A program made the translations under genes and the position numbers. From Trichodesmium erythraeum IMS101 (GTDB lineage Bacteria; Cyanobacteriota; Cyanobacteriia; Cyanobacteriales; Microcoleaceae), in assembly GCF_000014265.1 (NCBI RefSeq), contig NC_008312.1, positions 2,280,001-2,312,000 on the forward strand: a stretch of DNA of 32,000 nucleotides. Direction: 5' to 3'. This document shows, piece after piece, positions 9,155-19,028 of the stretch (position 1 is its first letter; every line of letters begins with the position of its first letter). The notes under the pieces were generated by a model, which was not told the DNA's origin, did not search any database, and was given only the letters and a program-made list of their open reading frames with translations.

Positions 9155-9580
9155 GTGAAATCAATACCTTTACTTTCTTTAGCTCTACTTTTCATTAGTT
9201 ATATTATTTTGGGCTGGAGCCTGGCTAATTATCAAGCTTCTTTATTTTTATATTTAGTTGTTCTTGTTAGTATTTTTTTATCAGATATAATTTTAACTTT
9301 TTGTTTATTTAATTTGCAAGCAATAGTTCCTTTGTTTAACTCAAAAAGTTATATTTTTATTTCTGCAATTGTTGTTGCTTTTTTATTTGTAGTTATAATT
9401 AGGTGGATCAACATTTTTATCCATAGTTTAGTGTTAATTTTAGCCGGAATATTAGTGAAATTAGATACTAAAATTTATGGTCTAAACAGATGGCAGTCTT
9501 TTGGTATTTTACTCATTATTTCATATGTTGGTTTAGGTCTGGGATATTGGTTTTACTTATTGCTCAAAAATCATATATAG
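9155..9580 (+). CDS. Small integral membrane protein, probably co-transcribed with the NIL-ferredoxin gene
   Basis: 141 aa, almost entirely hydrophobic (about 4 predicted helices). GTG start 7 nt after the upstream stop. Confidence 0.5.
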   Translation: MKSIPLLSLALLFISYIILGWSLANYQASLFLYLVVLVSIFLSDIILTFCLFNLQAIVPLFNSKSYIFISAIVVAFLFVVIIRWINIFIHSLVLILAGILVKLDTKIYGLNRWQSFGILLIISYVGLGLGYWFYLLLKNHI

Positions 9581-9668
9581 TAATTCTATTTCATTGGTGT
9601 TTTTACATTTTCAACTAACTTAACTTGAGAGTAGGAAACCAGTCAGATAAAATCCACCAATTATGAGA

Positions 9669-9704
9669 GGGTATTTTTTTGAGTTACAGCCATTGCTAAA
9701 CAAG
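9669..9704 (+). repeat. Copy 2 of the ~35 nt dispersed repeat (first copy at 6191-6225)
   Basis: See 6191-6225. This copy is embedded between short inverted repeats: TTATGAGAG (9661-9669) and CTCTCATAA (about 9757-9768). Confidence 0.5.
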
Positions 9705-10169
9705 AAATTTTTATAAGAAAAGCCTGCTTTTATACAAGGATGTTGGCATCACATACTCTCATAATGGTTACAAGAATTACTTTGGGGTTTTCAGAGACTT
9801 CTCTATAAGAAGATTGACTGAGCTAGTAAGGTATCCAGTTGATTTGGTAGAATATTTTTATTTATCTTTCTCTTTTCAAGGATAAAAATATTATAGTTTT
9901 TTATTTTGTATATACCCATTGCAATATATAACTAGAAAAACCTAATTACATTATCGAGTAATTCAAGCAAGATTTAGATAAGTTAAGGCTATATGTAATT
10001 AGAAACCAAAAAAGTTATTTGATTTAATTGTAATTCGGGTAAAAATATTCAAGATAAGCATCTCAAAGTTAATAAATTCTTATAACAATAACCCTTTCAT
10101 CCTAAACTCAAACTCTTCGTTTTTAGTATAGAGCTTCTACTAGAAAAAAGCTAATGAATAACTAAGCGA

Positions 10170-10724
10170 CTACCTCTGAGATGACTTTAGCACTTTTTTT
10201 ATTTCTTCCAAGGTTAAAATTGTCACTTGTTGAGGTGTATCTTGAATATCAACATTAACATGAACATCTGCACAATTATAAAACGGTCTTCTTTCCTCTA
10301 AAATAGCCTGAAGTCTAGCTAAAGGGTTACTATTTTGAATTAAAGGTCTAGTCTGATCGCCTTGCAAGCGACTATATAAAACTTCTACTGGCACATCTAA
10401 CCAAACTACTATGCCATGCCGTAAATAACTCCAGTTAAATCGACTTATAACTATACCACCACCTGTAGCAATAGTCAAATTTTTGTAACTAGATATTTCT
10501 GATAATATGTTTGTTTCCAACTCCCGAAAAGCTGCTTCACCTTCAGTGGCAAAAATTTCGTTAATTGACTTGCCAGCAGCTTGAGTAATTAAATTATCTG
10601 TATCAAGAAAACTATATCCTAAGTGTTGGGCTAGTAAATGTCCCACAGTTGTTTTACCAGCACCCATCATCCCCACTAGATAAAGATTTACTCCCTGTAA
10701 TAATTTCCTATTACTAATATCCAT
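10170..10724 (-). CDS. aroK: Shikimate kinase
   Basis: Walker A motif GMMGAGKTTVG, then DTD and GGG(I/V)V motifs. The length of 184 aa is typical of AroK. Confidence 0.9.
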   Translation of the reverse strand: MDISNRKLLQGVNLYLVGMMGAGKTTVGHLLAQHLGYSFLDTDNLITQAAGKSINEIFATEGEAAFRELETNILSEISSYKNLTIATGGGIVISRFNWSYLRHGIVVWLDVPVEVLYSRLQGDQTRPLIQNSNPLARLQAILEERRPFYNCADVHVNVDIQDTPQQVTILTLEEIKKVLKSSQR

Positions 10725-10895
10725 AGTTATGAGTTATAGTTTATAAAAGTAAAGTTAAATAAGACATATCCTTATTTTAATGGATTAGGAGTAATGGAAT
10801 TAGGATTTTATTCTGTTGAAGTTCATCAGATAATTAAAGGAAGGAGAAGATAAGTTATTTGTCTTAAGAATTAAAAACAATATAGCCCTAGAAAT

Positions 10896-10951
10896 TTTAG
10901 ATAATGAGAATTGTCAAGTAGGATTTAAATAATGAAAATTGTCAAGTAGGA
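10896..10951 (+). repeat. 28-bp tandem duplication (2 copies, 26/28 identical)
   Basis: tttagataatgagaattgtcaagtagga (10896-10923) is followed directly by tttaaataatgaaaattgtcaagtagga (10924-10951). It lies about 170-230 nt upstream of the aroK start on the opposite strand. Confidence 0.85.
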
Positions 10952-11102
10952 AAAGATGAAAGAGAGACAACAAAGAGCAAGTGGTAAAATTGTGTGGCCT
11001 AGAAAAAAGAACAGAGTTTAGATTAGCAATCAGCTAAAGGAATGAGAATTAAATAAAGTCCATAATTTTTGTGAAATAACTCATACTCACATGATATAAA
11101 TT

Positions 11103-11330
11103 TTAGACAATTTAATTGTTTAGATTATAAAATCTTCATTCCTAGAAGAAGAATATGTTTGCACTTGTAATTTTTACCAGTTTATACACCAGAACTACAA
11201 AAGAAACGAAAGGCTCTGGCCAATAATTAATCAACCTATAAGCAATCAAACCTTTGAAAATTTATCTCAGGTGAAAGATATAGTCAATTATCAATGTATT
11301 CACTTATTGAAACAGCCATTACTCCCATAA
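11103..11330 (+). pseudogene. C-terminal remnant of an IS630/Tc1-mariner-like DDE transposase
   Basis: Stop- and frameshift-interrupted translation gives LDNLIV*..., then FLPVYTPEL, then ERLWPIINQPISNQTFENLSQVKDIVNYQCIHLLKQPLLP*. This mirrors the (M/L)DNA..H...LPPYSPELNPIERLW...F.SL.EL tail of IS630-family enzymes. Confidence 0.5.
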
Positions 11331-11401
11331 GGGTCTTACTTGTTTTTATCAGTGGCCTACCGATAATCTCACAAGAACTTGAAGAGTAGGGTTGAGTAGC
11401 A

Positions 11402-11496
11402 ATATAGTCATTCTGGTTTAGATTGAGAGGAGGTTTTCCTGCTGTGAACGGGTTTTACATGAAAAAGTATCCCATTCTTATTCGGAATGACTATAT
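11402..11496. repeat. 12-bp perfect inverted repeat flanking a 71-nt spacer
   Basis: ATATAGTCATTC (11402-11413) and GAATGACTATAT (11485-11496). It lies just downstream of the transposase remnant. Confidence 0.6.
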
Positions 11497-11950
11497 CTTT
11501 TAGGTTTTACACAAACAATACTACCCGACATAAGATAATGGCAGGGAAAGAGAAAAAGTTATGCTTATAAATCTTTGACAAATTTTACTGAAACTTCAGA
11601 AGCATTTTTTATGGGAATTTCTGGCGTTGCTCAAAAGGTTATAAAAATAAAAATTGAATAATCTGAAATATTTGTTATTCAATAGTTTAGCAATTACCAA
11701 AAATACAAGTTATACTCACCCATTAGCAACTTTGACTTGCCCATTGCGCTGTATTTTTCAACCTAAATCATTAATTCATACTAAATGGTATTAAGTATCT
11801 AGGCAAAAAAATTACATACTGCTAAATAACTATTGTATAACTCTTTGTATTAGTACCCCTAGCCTTTTGTTTTTCCTAAATCATAACTACTTACTATACA
11901 AAAACACCACCAATTTTAAGTCAACTTAATTTAAGCTATTAATTGCCTGG

Positions 11951-12667
11951 TTAATTCTTCTTATCTTCTGGAGGACCATCTTCATCTTCTTTCTTTTGAT
12001 TTGGTGTAGATTGATCTTGAGGAGGCGGTGGAGTAATAACCCGATAATCAGCATCATACAAAGATTCGGTTTGACCAACCCCTGAATCACTAGGTTCGCG
12101 ATAACCATAAGAATAAACCGAACCAGACCAAGACTCTATTTCTGGTTCTTGTTTCACTTCATAATTTTTCTCTGTAGAATCTTGACTAACAGACTTTTGC
12201 GTATCTCCAATAACTTGTTCTTGTGTGCTACTATCCCAAGAATTACTAATTTTAGGAGGTTCTTGTTCCCAATCATCAATATTTTCCTCTTCCTCCCTTA
12301 GTTCCAAATCTTTATTAAGGTTAAAGGAGCTTTGATAATTTGAGGTTTCTTGATAGTGTGAATATTTATCCTTGCTTTCCCCTGGTTGATCTTGATATTG
12401 AAATTTTCTTGAAGTTGGTTTAACAGATTGTAAATTTTGGTTGAAAAAGTAATTTGAAAGTTCAAAAATACCATAAATCAGCAAATAAGTAATTACACCT
12501 GCAACAAGAGCACCTAAAATCCATATAGAAATAGGTAGAGATACGGACTTTAATCCCAGAAAAGTTAATTGCAAACTAGGAGACCAATTTTGCCAAGCAA
12601 ATAAGGCCAACCCACCAATGATTACAATTAAAACTACTAACAATAGTAAATTCTGACTTCTATTCAT
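11951..12667 (-). CDS. LapA-domain (DUF1049-like) membrane protein with a long low-complexity acidic/polar tail
   Basis: Two N-terminal transmembrane helices in the LapA_dom arrangement. The C-terminal ~160 aa are rich in S/Q/E/D/P. Confidence 0.6.
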   Translation of the reverse strand: MNRSQNLLLLVVLIVIIGGLALFAWQNWSPSLQLTFLGLKSVSLPISIWILGALVAGVITYLLIYGIFELSNYFFNQNLQSVKPTSRKFQYQDQPGESKDKYSHYQETSNYQSSFNLNKDLELREEEENIDDWEQEPPKISNSWDSSTQEQVIGDTQKSVSQDSTEKNYEVKQEPEIESWSGSVYSYGYREPSDSGVGQTESLYDADYRVITPPPPQDQSTPNQKKEDEDGPPEDKKN

Positions 12668-12674
12668 GGCCTAC

Positions 12675-13269
12675 TCACCGCTTAATAGGAACACAATCTA
12701 AACCAAATTGGTCTAGAGCACGAGCTACCACAAAGTCTACCAAATCTTCTATAGTTTGGGTATTATTATACCAGGCCGGGATTGCTGGGACAATTCTTGC
12801 TCCTGCTTCTGCGTGCTTCAGTCAAATTTCGTAAATTAATCAAGCTCAAAGGTATTTCCCGAGGCACTAATATTAGTTTACCACCTTCTTTTAATTGTAC
12901 ATCTGATGCCGACTCTAGTAAATCTGAGCTAAATCCAGCAGCCAATTTACTTACTGTTCCCATACCCTGAGTTCGATAGGAACTACTAGCAATATTTGCC
13001 CCTAGATATTGCCAAGGATGACAATAGAGTTTACTGTTGGTTTCAACTCTTGCTTGTTCTCGCCAGAATTTTTTTTGTTTAGTTACTTCAGCAGGCATTT
13101 TAATATTTGGCTCTGCCTGCCAGACTGATTAGGTGGCTTTTGATGTTACTAAGTCAATAGTATAATTTGCCAGTAAAAATTTAATGGCTCTCACGGCGTA
13201 AATTAGTCCTGATGCTCCTGTAACTCCAATAACTATCGGTAGTTGAGCAGTAGAAACAAAATTAGTCAT
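12675..13269 (-). pseudogene. ubiX: Flavin prenyltransferase UbiX, inactivated by a nonsense codon, an in-frame deletion and a frameshift
   Basis: The N-terminus PIVIGVTGASGLIYAVRAIKFLL and the tail GARIVPAIPAWYNNTQTIEDLVDFVVARALDQF are clearly UbiX/Pad1. There is an in-frame TAA at 13129-13131 (SKAT*SVWQAE). The segment between GM and GTVSKLAAG (around 12958-12963) lacks the conserved (V/I)xPCS stretch. A +1 frame change is needed near 12805-12820 to join ...NLTEA to AEAGARIVP. Confidence 0.8.
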
Positions 13270-13339
13270 GTTTGAATATATTTTCAGACACTTCTTTTTA
13301 TACCAAATTTGGGTATCAAAGCATATTTTTCCCATTGCT

Positions 13340-14457
13340 TAATGCTTTGTTTAGCAAATGCTGTAACTTAAAAAAATGCCCTATTATACTTGGCAGATTT
13401 GGGATCACTCAGGCACGCTTAAGCTCACAAAGAAAGGTTTGAACATTAATATTTGTACCTTACATACTTAGAATATGCTCTTTATAAAATCCCAATCATA
13501 GCAATCATTTATTTTAGGTCTGGAGTGACTGCAAAGGAGAGGAAGGAAACAATCTCAAGAGCAAGGTAGGAATAGGTTTTTTCTCTGTTTTCCCAAGTTT
13601 GAGTATTCAGATTCTTTTTGTAGCTTTTGCTTTTCTTTCTAATTTTAGATTTTAAGCTAGGCTAAATCTTTCAGTTGGTTTCAGGTTTTTCTTTCCGTCT
13701 ATACTACCTGTTTTATTACCTCTGTTATCCTTTGTCACTCTTCTAGTAAGCAACATTCTTGCAGACTATTAATTTAACAGGGTTTTTTGCCGTTTGTGAG
13801 TTGTCTTAACGTCACCCCTTTAAGTAGCTTGATAGATTCTTTTTTGCAACTTGAATACAATTATTTCTGGCTTTGGCCATTGAAACTGATTCCATACTAC
13901 CATTAATTTTGTTAGTATTTTAGTCTTTTTCATTGTTAATAAATTTCTAACTTCTACAATACCGGATATCTGTATGCTTATCTATACTCATTACAAGTAG
14001 GCATTTGCTTTTGTTCTCATCTCTTTGTATTTACCCATCCGGGTTTGATCCTACTCTGTTTATCGACCTTTTCCAGAGAGCTATATATGAGATTACTTAG
14101 TTCCATATAACTATTCTTTAAGCATTTAGATGGGTAATATATGCCGGAGACTAAAGTGAACGTATGCAATAACGGAGGAAGAAATTGCCTTTATATCTCT
14201 CAGTGTTTTTTGAGTGCAGTTTATCAATTTTCTTTTCACTGCTTAATGGGTTACGACAGTTAATGGTACCTTGAATGTTTCATTTACTATCCGCCTTTTG
14301 CTTGCTGGGATTTGGTTACAAGTAACCATTACCAGCTTGTATTTTTGCTTGATCCGTTGATATCCATTCTCTAAATAAGGGATAGGCTATCACTTCTACG
14401 TTATAAAGGGTAGGTTTCTTAGCTACATGGTTATATAGTTGTCAAGTTCTTATGCAT
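13340..14457 (-). mobile_element. Degenerate group II intron 5' fragment (domains I-IV RNA plus a stop-riddled N-terminal reverse-transcriptase remnant)
   Basis: Minus-strand RNA segments parallel the intron at 19029: aagctgg...cagcaagcaaaagg...cgtaacccatt...agagtaggat...gtattgtagaag. From about 13933 the translation reads MKKTKILTKLMVVWNQFQWPKPEIIVFKLQKRIYQAT*RGDVKTTHKRQKTLLN**SARMLLTRRVTKDNRGNKTGSIDGKKNLKPTERFSLA. This is the conserved N-terminus of group II intron RTs, with several stops. The 5' GUGCG appears degraded to AUGCA at 14457-14453, so that boundary is uncertain. Confidence 0.6.
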
Positions 14458-14606
14458 TTGGACTTGAAGTACCATACAATCTTTGTATTCTAAAAATCCT
14501 AAAAACTTTGCTGTCATTAAGTTTATGCCTAAAAAGTTACAATAATCAGACTCATATCCTTACTCCAAAAACCATCAATATATGTACTTATCAGAAATCT
14601 ATATTA

Positions 14607-16907
14607 TTAGAACCGATAAGGATTAGAGGAGAACTCTTCATCGTCAAAAGCAGTACTGCCCCCACTAACTGCAACTAAGTCAATTTGCTGGCGGTAATAA
14701 TCAACACTCTTGACCTGTACTTCTACTATATCCCCTAATCGATACTGGTTACGATTTTTGCGTCCAACAAGTGTTTGTTGTCGGGAACGATATTCATACC
14801 AATCATCTTTCAGAGAAGATACATGAACTAAACCCTCTACTCTGAAAGTTTGTGTAGACTCAGAGGAAATTTCAATTTCTACAAAGAAACCGTAAGACTG
14901 TACCCCAGTAATTAAACCTGGGAAAGTTTGACCAGTACGTTCTTTCATTAATCCAGTTTTAATTAATCCTTCTAAATCTTCTTGGCCATCTTGTGCTATG
15001 TTTTCTCGTTCCGTTAAATGGACGACTACTGAAGTTAATTGTGCTTCCAATTCTTGCTGTATTTCTGGAGCTAGAACATTCCAGGAGATTTTGCCATGAC
15101 ATGAAGAATGTCCCAGCTCTACACCTTCTTTAGAACGACTAGAACGGCGATCGCGACCCTCATTAAATACAGTATGTAATACTCGTGAAATCAATAAATC
15201 GGAATATCTTGAAATTGGAGATGTACAATGAACATAACCATGTTGTAAAGCTAATCCAAAATGAGGTTGAGCTGTGGTACTGTAAATTGCAGGTTTCAAA
15301 GTATCTTCGAGCAAGTATGTCAGTACTCTTTCTGATTTTGATGTGGTAAATTCCTCAACAAATGCTTGATAGTCAGCAGGTTGTAGGTATTCTTCATCTT
15401 CTAGATATAACTCAGATCCAAGATGACTAGCTAGTTTAATAAATTCTTGAATATCTCCTGGTTCTGGGGAATTTTGGACTCTATAAATTGCAGGTACTCC
15501 TAATGCTAACAAGTGACTAGCTATTGCTTGGTTGGCCAGAACGATCAATTCTGCTACCATGGAACGAGCTTGAAAGATATTAGGAATTATCATTGCTCCC
15601 AAAGGACTCTCATCGTTGTAGTAGCTTTTTTCATCTGGTAAATTTAGGTCAAAAGCACCTCTTCGTAATCTGGCATTTCGGACTGCGTGACTAACATCTT
15701 GAAGCTTATTGATGGTATTTTCCAGTTGCTCTAAGTTAATGTCAACTAATCCATCCGTATTGCCATTAATAATTTTTTTGGTTTGCTCGTAGCTGAGATG
15801 AACATTTACCTGGATCACACTAGGTTCAATCTCAAACTCAACTATCTGACCGTTTTTATTGACAGTTATCAAAATAGATATAGCTAGTCGATCTTTTTTT
15901 GGTAGTAAGGAAAAGTAATCACTTGATAGTCCGTCTGGCAATATAGGAACTACTTCATTTCGCAGGTATATGCTGATAGCTCGCTTACGAGCTTCTTTAT
16001 CTAGGGGGGAATCTACTTTAATAAAATAGGCTACATCAGCAATGTGAACTCCTACTCGCCAATAACCGGAGGTTGTGGTTTCTATACTCAGAGCATGGTT
16101 AATATCTTTTTTTTCTAGTTCTCCAAAAGAAACTGTGAGCAGTTCACGCAAATCTAGTCTATTTTTTTGATCTGCTTTGGTAGAGTGGCTGACTAGAGAC
16201 TCCGCTTCTTTAAGAACTGTATTTGGAAAAGACCGGGGTAAATCATGTTTACAACATACTATGTCTAAGTCATCTGCTGCTTCTGCATCTGAACCAAGAA
16301 TCTGAACTACTTTTCCAATGGGACGTTTTTCTCCTAGGGGGTAGCGCAATACTTCAACATGGACTAGGTGGTCTATAGCATCTGCTAAGTCTGGACCTTC
16401 TGGTACTAAGTCAAGTTCAAATAGTAAGCGATCATCTAGGGGAACTGCTCTATAGTAGGGGTCTCCATTCTGCCCATTTATTTGCTTGATTCTTGCTAAT
16501 AAGGAAGGGTTTGCACGTTCTAATATTAGCTTGACTTCTCCTTCCGGACTCCGGCGACGACTTCCTTCTTTGATAATTTTCACAAAGACGCGATCGCCAT
16601 TCCAAGCATTGCTCAGATGACTCTCGCGAATGTAAATATCTTCTGTTCCTTCTAAGTCTTGTATCGCGAAGCAAAATCCTTTACTAGAGCAACGTAGTTT
16701 TGCTTCTACAAGTGCCTCTTCAAAAAGTCGCCGATAGCGACCTTTGTCTTTAGCGAGAACTCCTATTCTTTCGAGAGCATCCAAGGCAATTTGTAATTTT
16801 CTGATACTTTGGTCGTCTTGACAATCTAGTTTTTTCTCCACTGCTTTGGGAGCGATTAATTTGTCATCACTGAAATTTGCTAAGAGTGTAGCGATGGAAA
16901 ATTTCAT
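14607..16907 (-). CDS. rnr: Ribonuclease R / RNase II-family 3'-5' exoribonuclease (VacB)
   Basis: 766 aa with N-terminal cold-shock/OB-like regions, a central RNB catalytic domain (HIADVAYF..., DRLAISI..., HFGLAL..YVHCTSPISRYSDL) and a C-terminal S1 domain (GLITGVQSYGFFVEI). Two HIP1 sites lie inside. Confidence 0.9.
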   Translation of the reverse strand: MKFSIATLLANFSDDKLIAPKAVEKKLDCQDDQSIRKLQIALDALERIGVLAKDKGRYRRLFEEALVEAKLRCSSKGFCFAIQDLEGTEDIYIRESHLSNAWNGDRVFVKIIKEGSRRRSPEGEVKLILERANPSLLARIKQINGQNGDPYYRAVPLDDRLLFELDLVPEGPDLADAIDHLVHVEVLRYPLGEKRPIGKVVQILGSDAEAADDLDIVCCKHDLPRSFPNTVLKEAESLVSHSTKADQKNRLDLRELLTVSFGELEKKDINHALSIETTTSGYWRVGVHIADVAYFIKVDSPLDKEARKRAISIYLRNEVVPILPDGLSSDYFSLLPKKDRLAISILITVNKNGQIVEFEIEPSVIQVNVHLSYEQTKKIINGNTDGLVDINLEQLENTINKLQDVSHAVRNARLRRGAFDLNLPDEKSYYNDESPLGAMIIPNIFQARSMVAELIVLANQAIASHLLALGVPAIYRVQNSPEPGDIQEFIKLASHLGSELYLEDEEYLQPADYQAFVEEFTTSKSERVLTYLLEDTLKPAIYSTTAQPHFGLALQHGYVHCTSPISRYSDLLISRVLHTVFNEGRDRRSSRSKEGVELGHSSCHGKISWNVLAPEIQQELEAQLTSVVVHLTERENIAQDGQEDLEGLIKTGLMKERTGQTFPGLITGVQSYGFFVEIEISSESTQTFRVEGLVHVSSLKDDWYEYRSRQQTLVGRKNRNQYRLGDIVEVQVKSVDYYRQQIDLVAVSGGSTAFDDEEFSSNPYRF

Positions 16908-17559
16908 GTAGCGTTTTATCCTTTTTCTGATTCTACTATTTTTAAAGTTAGTATGTCATTAAGGTTTCACCCAAGTTTCCTCAAGTTAGTAGCTTAGTTG
17001 CGTTCATGCTACTTTTACTGCTCTATCAAACTGATACCAAGCCTCACATCAAATTGTAACTTGATGTTTACTTCTTGCTGAGCATGAACCTCTCGGCGGT
17101 TACTCATCCAAAGATATCCACGCTCAAGTCAACCGCATTTCTCCAATTAATATTTGCACTTAAGTCTTGGCAAACGAAATAAACCGCACTTAGGGCAATT
17201 ATCAGTTCTCAGATCTAAAAGCATATCTTTAACCTAACCACAACAAAGATAAGTTTATCTAAGTCTAAATTAGTATGCTTAAGTAGGCATTATATTGTTA
17301 TTCTTTTATTAAGTCAATGCTCCTGAATTAAGTAACATACTCTTCTGCAATTCCTGTACACAGATAAAATCTGTATATTGGAATTACCTTTGCTAACATT
17401 TAATTTGGAGCAATTGTAAATTAGGCCATTAATAATTAGTAGGCATGTTTTTGGCTAAGTTTTATGATAGCTTCAAATTAGACTTCTGGCAAAAGTATTT
17501 TTTGTTAATGTACTAAGTTAGATATTCAATTTTCTCTAAGTTTCACCAAGTGAATAATT

Positions 17560-18819
17560 ATGTTAGAACATTTTCGATCCTCTTATCCTACAGGTTGCTT
17601 AATCTCTGAATTAATTACTATTCATAACGGTAAGTATGTAGTTCGTGCCTTAGTACTGGTGAATGGTGAAACTTTAGCTACTGGATTAGGATCTGCTGAT
17701 ACTGTGGAGGTGGCAGAAGACCTGGCTCGAGAGCGATCGCTTGCTACTCTTACACTTCATACACCTTTGTGTTCACCTGAGGCTTCTGTTGAGTTTTCTC
17801 CATCCCCACCTCCCACTAGTGAAAAACCACAATTTACAAAATCTGTCAATACTTCTTCACAAATAAAAACAGATAAATTAACAACAGCAGGATTAAATAT
17901 AGATTTAAATAAGGTTTCTGATAGTGAAAAACCACAATTTATAAAATCTGTCAATACTTCTTCACAAATAGAAACAGATAAATTACCAACAGCAAGATTA
18001 AATATAAATTTAAATGAAGTTTCTGATACTCCAACTATTTCGTTGGCCTCAGAGAAATCCGAAATTTCTAATCCACTGAAAAAAGATAAATTACCAATAG
18101 CAGAGTATAGTATTAATTATAATGATGTTTCTGATTTGCCTCAAGATTCAAGTGCATTCGATAATAGTTGGTTAAATAAAGATTATAGTCAGGAACAAAA
18201 GGAAGAAAAAATTGATGAAACTACAGAAGCACTAATAGATTCTATAAATCATCGAGAAAGTGAAATAATTACATCAGAATCAAAAAGAACGATAAAAGAT
18301 TTAGCTACTTCAATAAATAGTAATAATCAAATTGATTCTTCAGATCAATCTGAGGATGTATCTGATGATAATGTTAGTATAGATATTTTAATAGATAGTT
18401 TGGGATGGACAAAAGAGCAGGAGCGAGATTTTATAGAGCAAAATTACAGTCAAAAAACACGCCAATTTTTAACACCTGAAGAGTTATCTAATTTTAATAA
18501 ATATTTATATTTGCTACAGAAAGTAACTAAAGAAATTAAGGTTCAAGGCTGGAAAGCAAAGCAACAAAAAGATTATTTTGAATACAACCATAATAAAGAA
18601 CTTCTAGAACAATTAACTATACATGAATTACACAATTTTTGGCAGTATTTAGAAGTATTTTGCAAAACTACTAATGAAATTAAACGTTTGGGTTGGAGTT
18701 CTACAAAAGGAAAAACTTTCCTCAAGAAAACTTATGGACAGGAGGGTCGTACACGGCTTTCATTTGAGGAATTGCAAGATTTTTTACAACAATTAGAAGC
18801 GTTAGATACTCCCGAATAA
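17560..18819 (+). CDS. Hypothetical protein with a conserved-looking N-terminal domain, a central 35-aa tandem repeat and three C-terminal ~45-aa repeats
   Basis: 419 aa ORF with one HIP1 site. The repeat SEKPQF(T/I)KSVNTSSQI(K/E)TDKL..A.LNI.LN.VSD occurs twice plus one diverged copy. The C-terminus has three units of GW...(K/E)...F......R..L..EEL..F..(Y/Q)L. Confidence 0.75.
   Translation: MLEHFRSSYPTGCLISELITIHNGKYVVRALVLVNGETLATGLGSADTVEVAEDLARERSLATLTLHTPLCSPEASVEFSPSPPPTSEKPQFTKSVNTSSQIKTDKLTTAGLNIDLNKVSDSEKPQFIKSVNTSSQIETDKLPTARLNINLNEVSDTPTISLASEKSEISNPLKKDKLPIAEYSINYNDVSDLPQDSSAFDNSWLNKDYSQEQKEEKIDETTEALIDSINHRESEIITSESKRTIKDLATSINSNNQIDSSDQSEDVSDDNVSIDILIDSLGWTKEQERDFIEQNYSQKTRQFLTPEELSNFNKYLYLLQKVTKEIKVQGWKAKQQKDYFEYNHNKELLEQLTIHELHNFWQYLEVFCKTTNEIKRLGWSSTKGKTFLKKTYGQEGRTRLSFEELQDFLQQLEALDTPE
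17818..18027 (+). repeat. 105-bp in-frame tandem duplication (2 copies, about 7 mismatches) inside the hypothetical gene
   Basis: Unit 1 is 17818-17922 and unit 2 is 17923-18027; both begin agtgaaaaaccacaattta. A third, much more diverged unit follows to about 18135. Confidence 0.9.
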
Positions 18820-19028
18820 ACAGCCCATTCCCCCCCCAGGGTGCTTTTATTTGAGGCGGCCGCAAAAAAATAAAAGGTAGGGTCAGCTCATCTTGACAAT
18901 CATTGACAAATAGTATATTAATAATTTTCTATTGTCCTGAAAGCTTTTGAGATTAATTTAGTGACGAAAATACATTCCAATTATTAAGCTACGAAAACCG
19001 ATAATATGAAAATTATGTGATCTTTATA

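Noticed and set aside
6191-9704. CRISPR repeat-like appearance of GTTACAGTCATTGCTAAATAAGGGATTAAGC
   Set aside because: There are only two copies, 3.4 kb apart, separated by genes. There is no regular repeat-spacer periodicity and there are no cas genes in the window.
17040-17200. Possible decayed rpsR (ribosomal protein S18) upstream of rnr on the minus strand
   Set aside because: Only a vague VTAERFMLSKK versus ITERGKILPRR resemblance, with stops on both sides. This is too weak to support.
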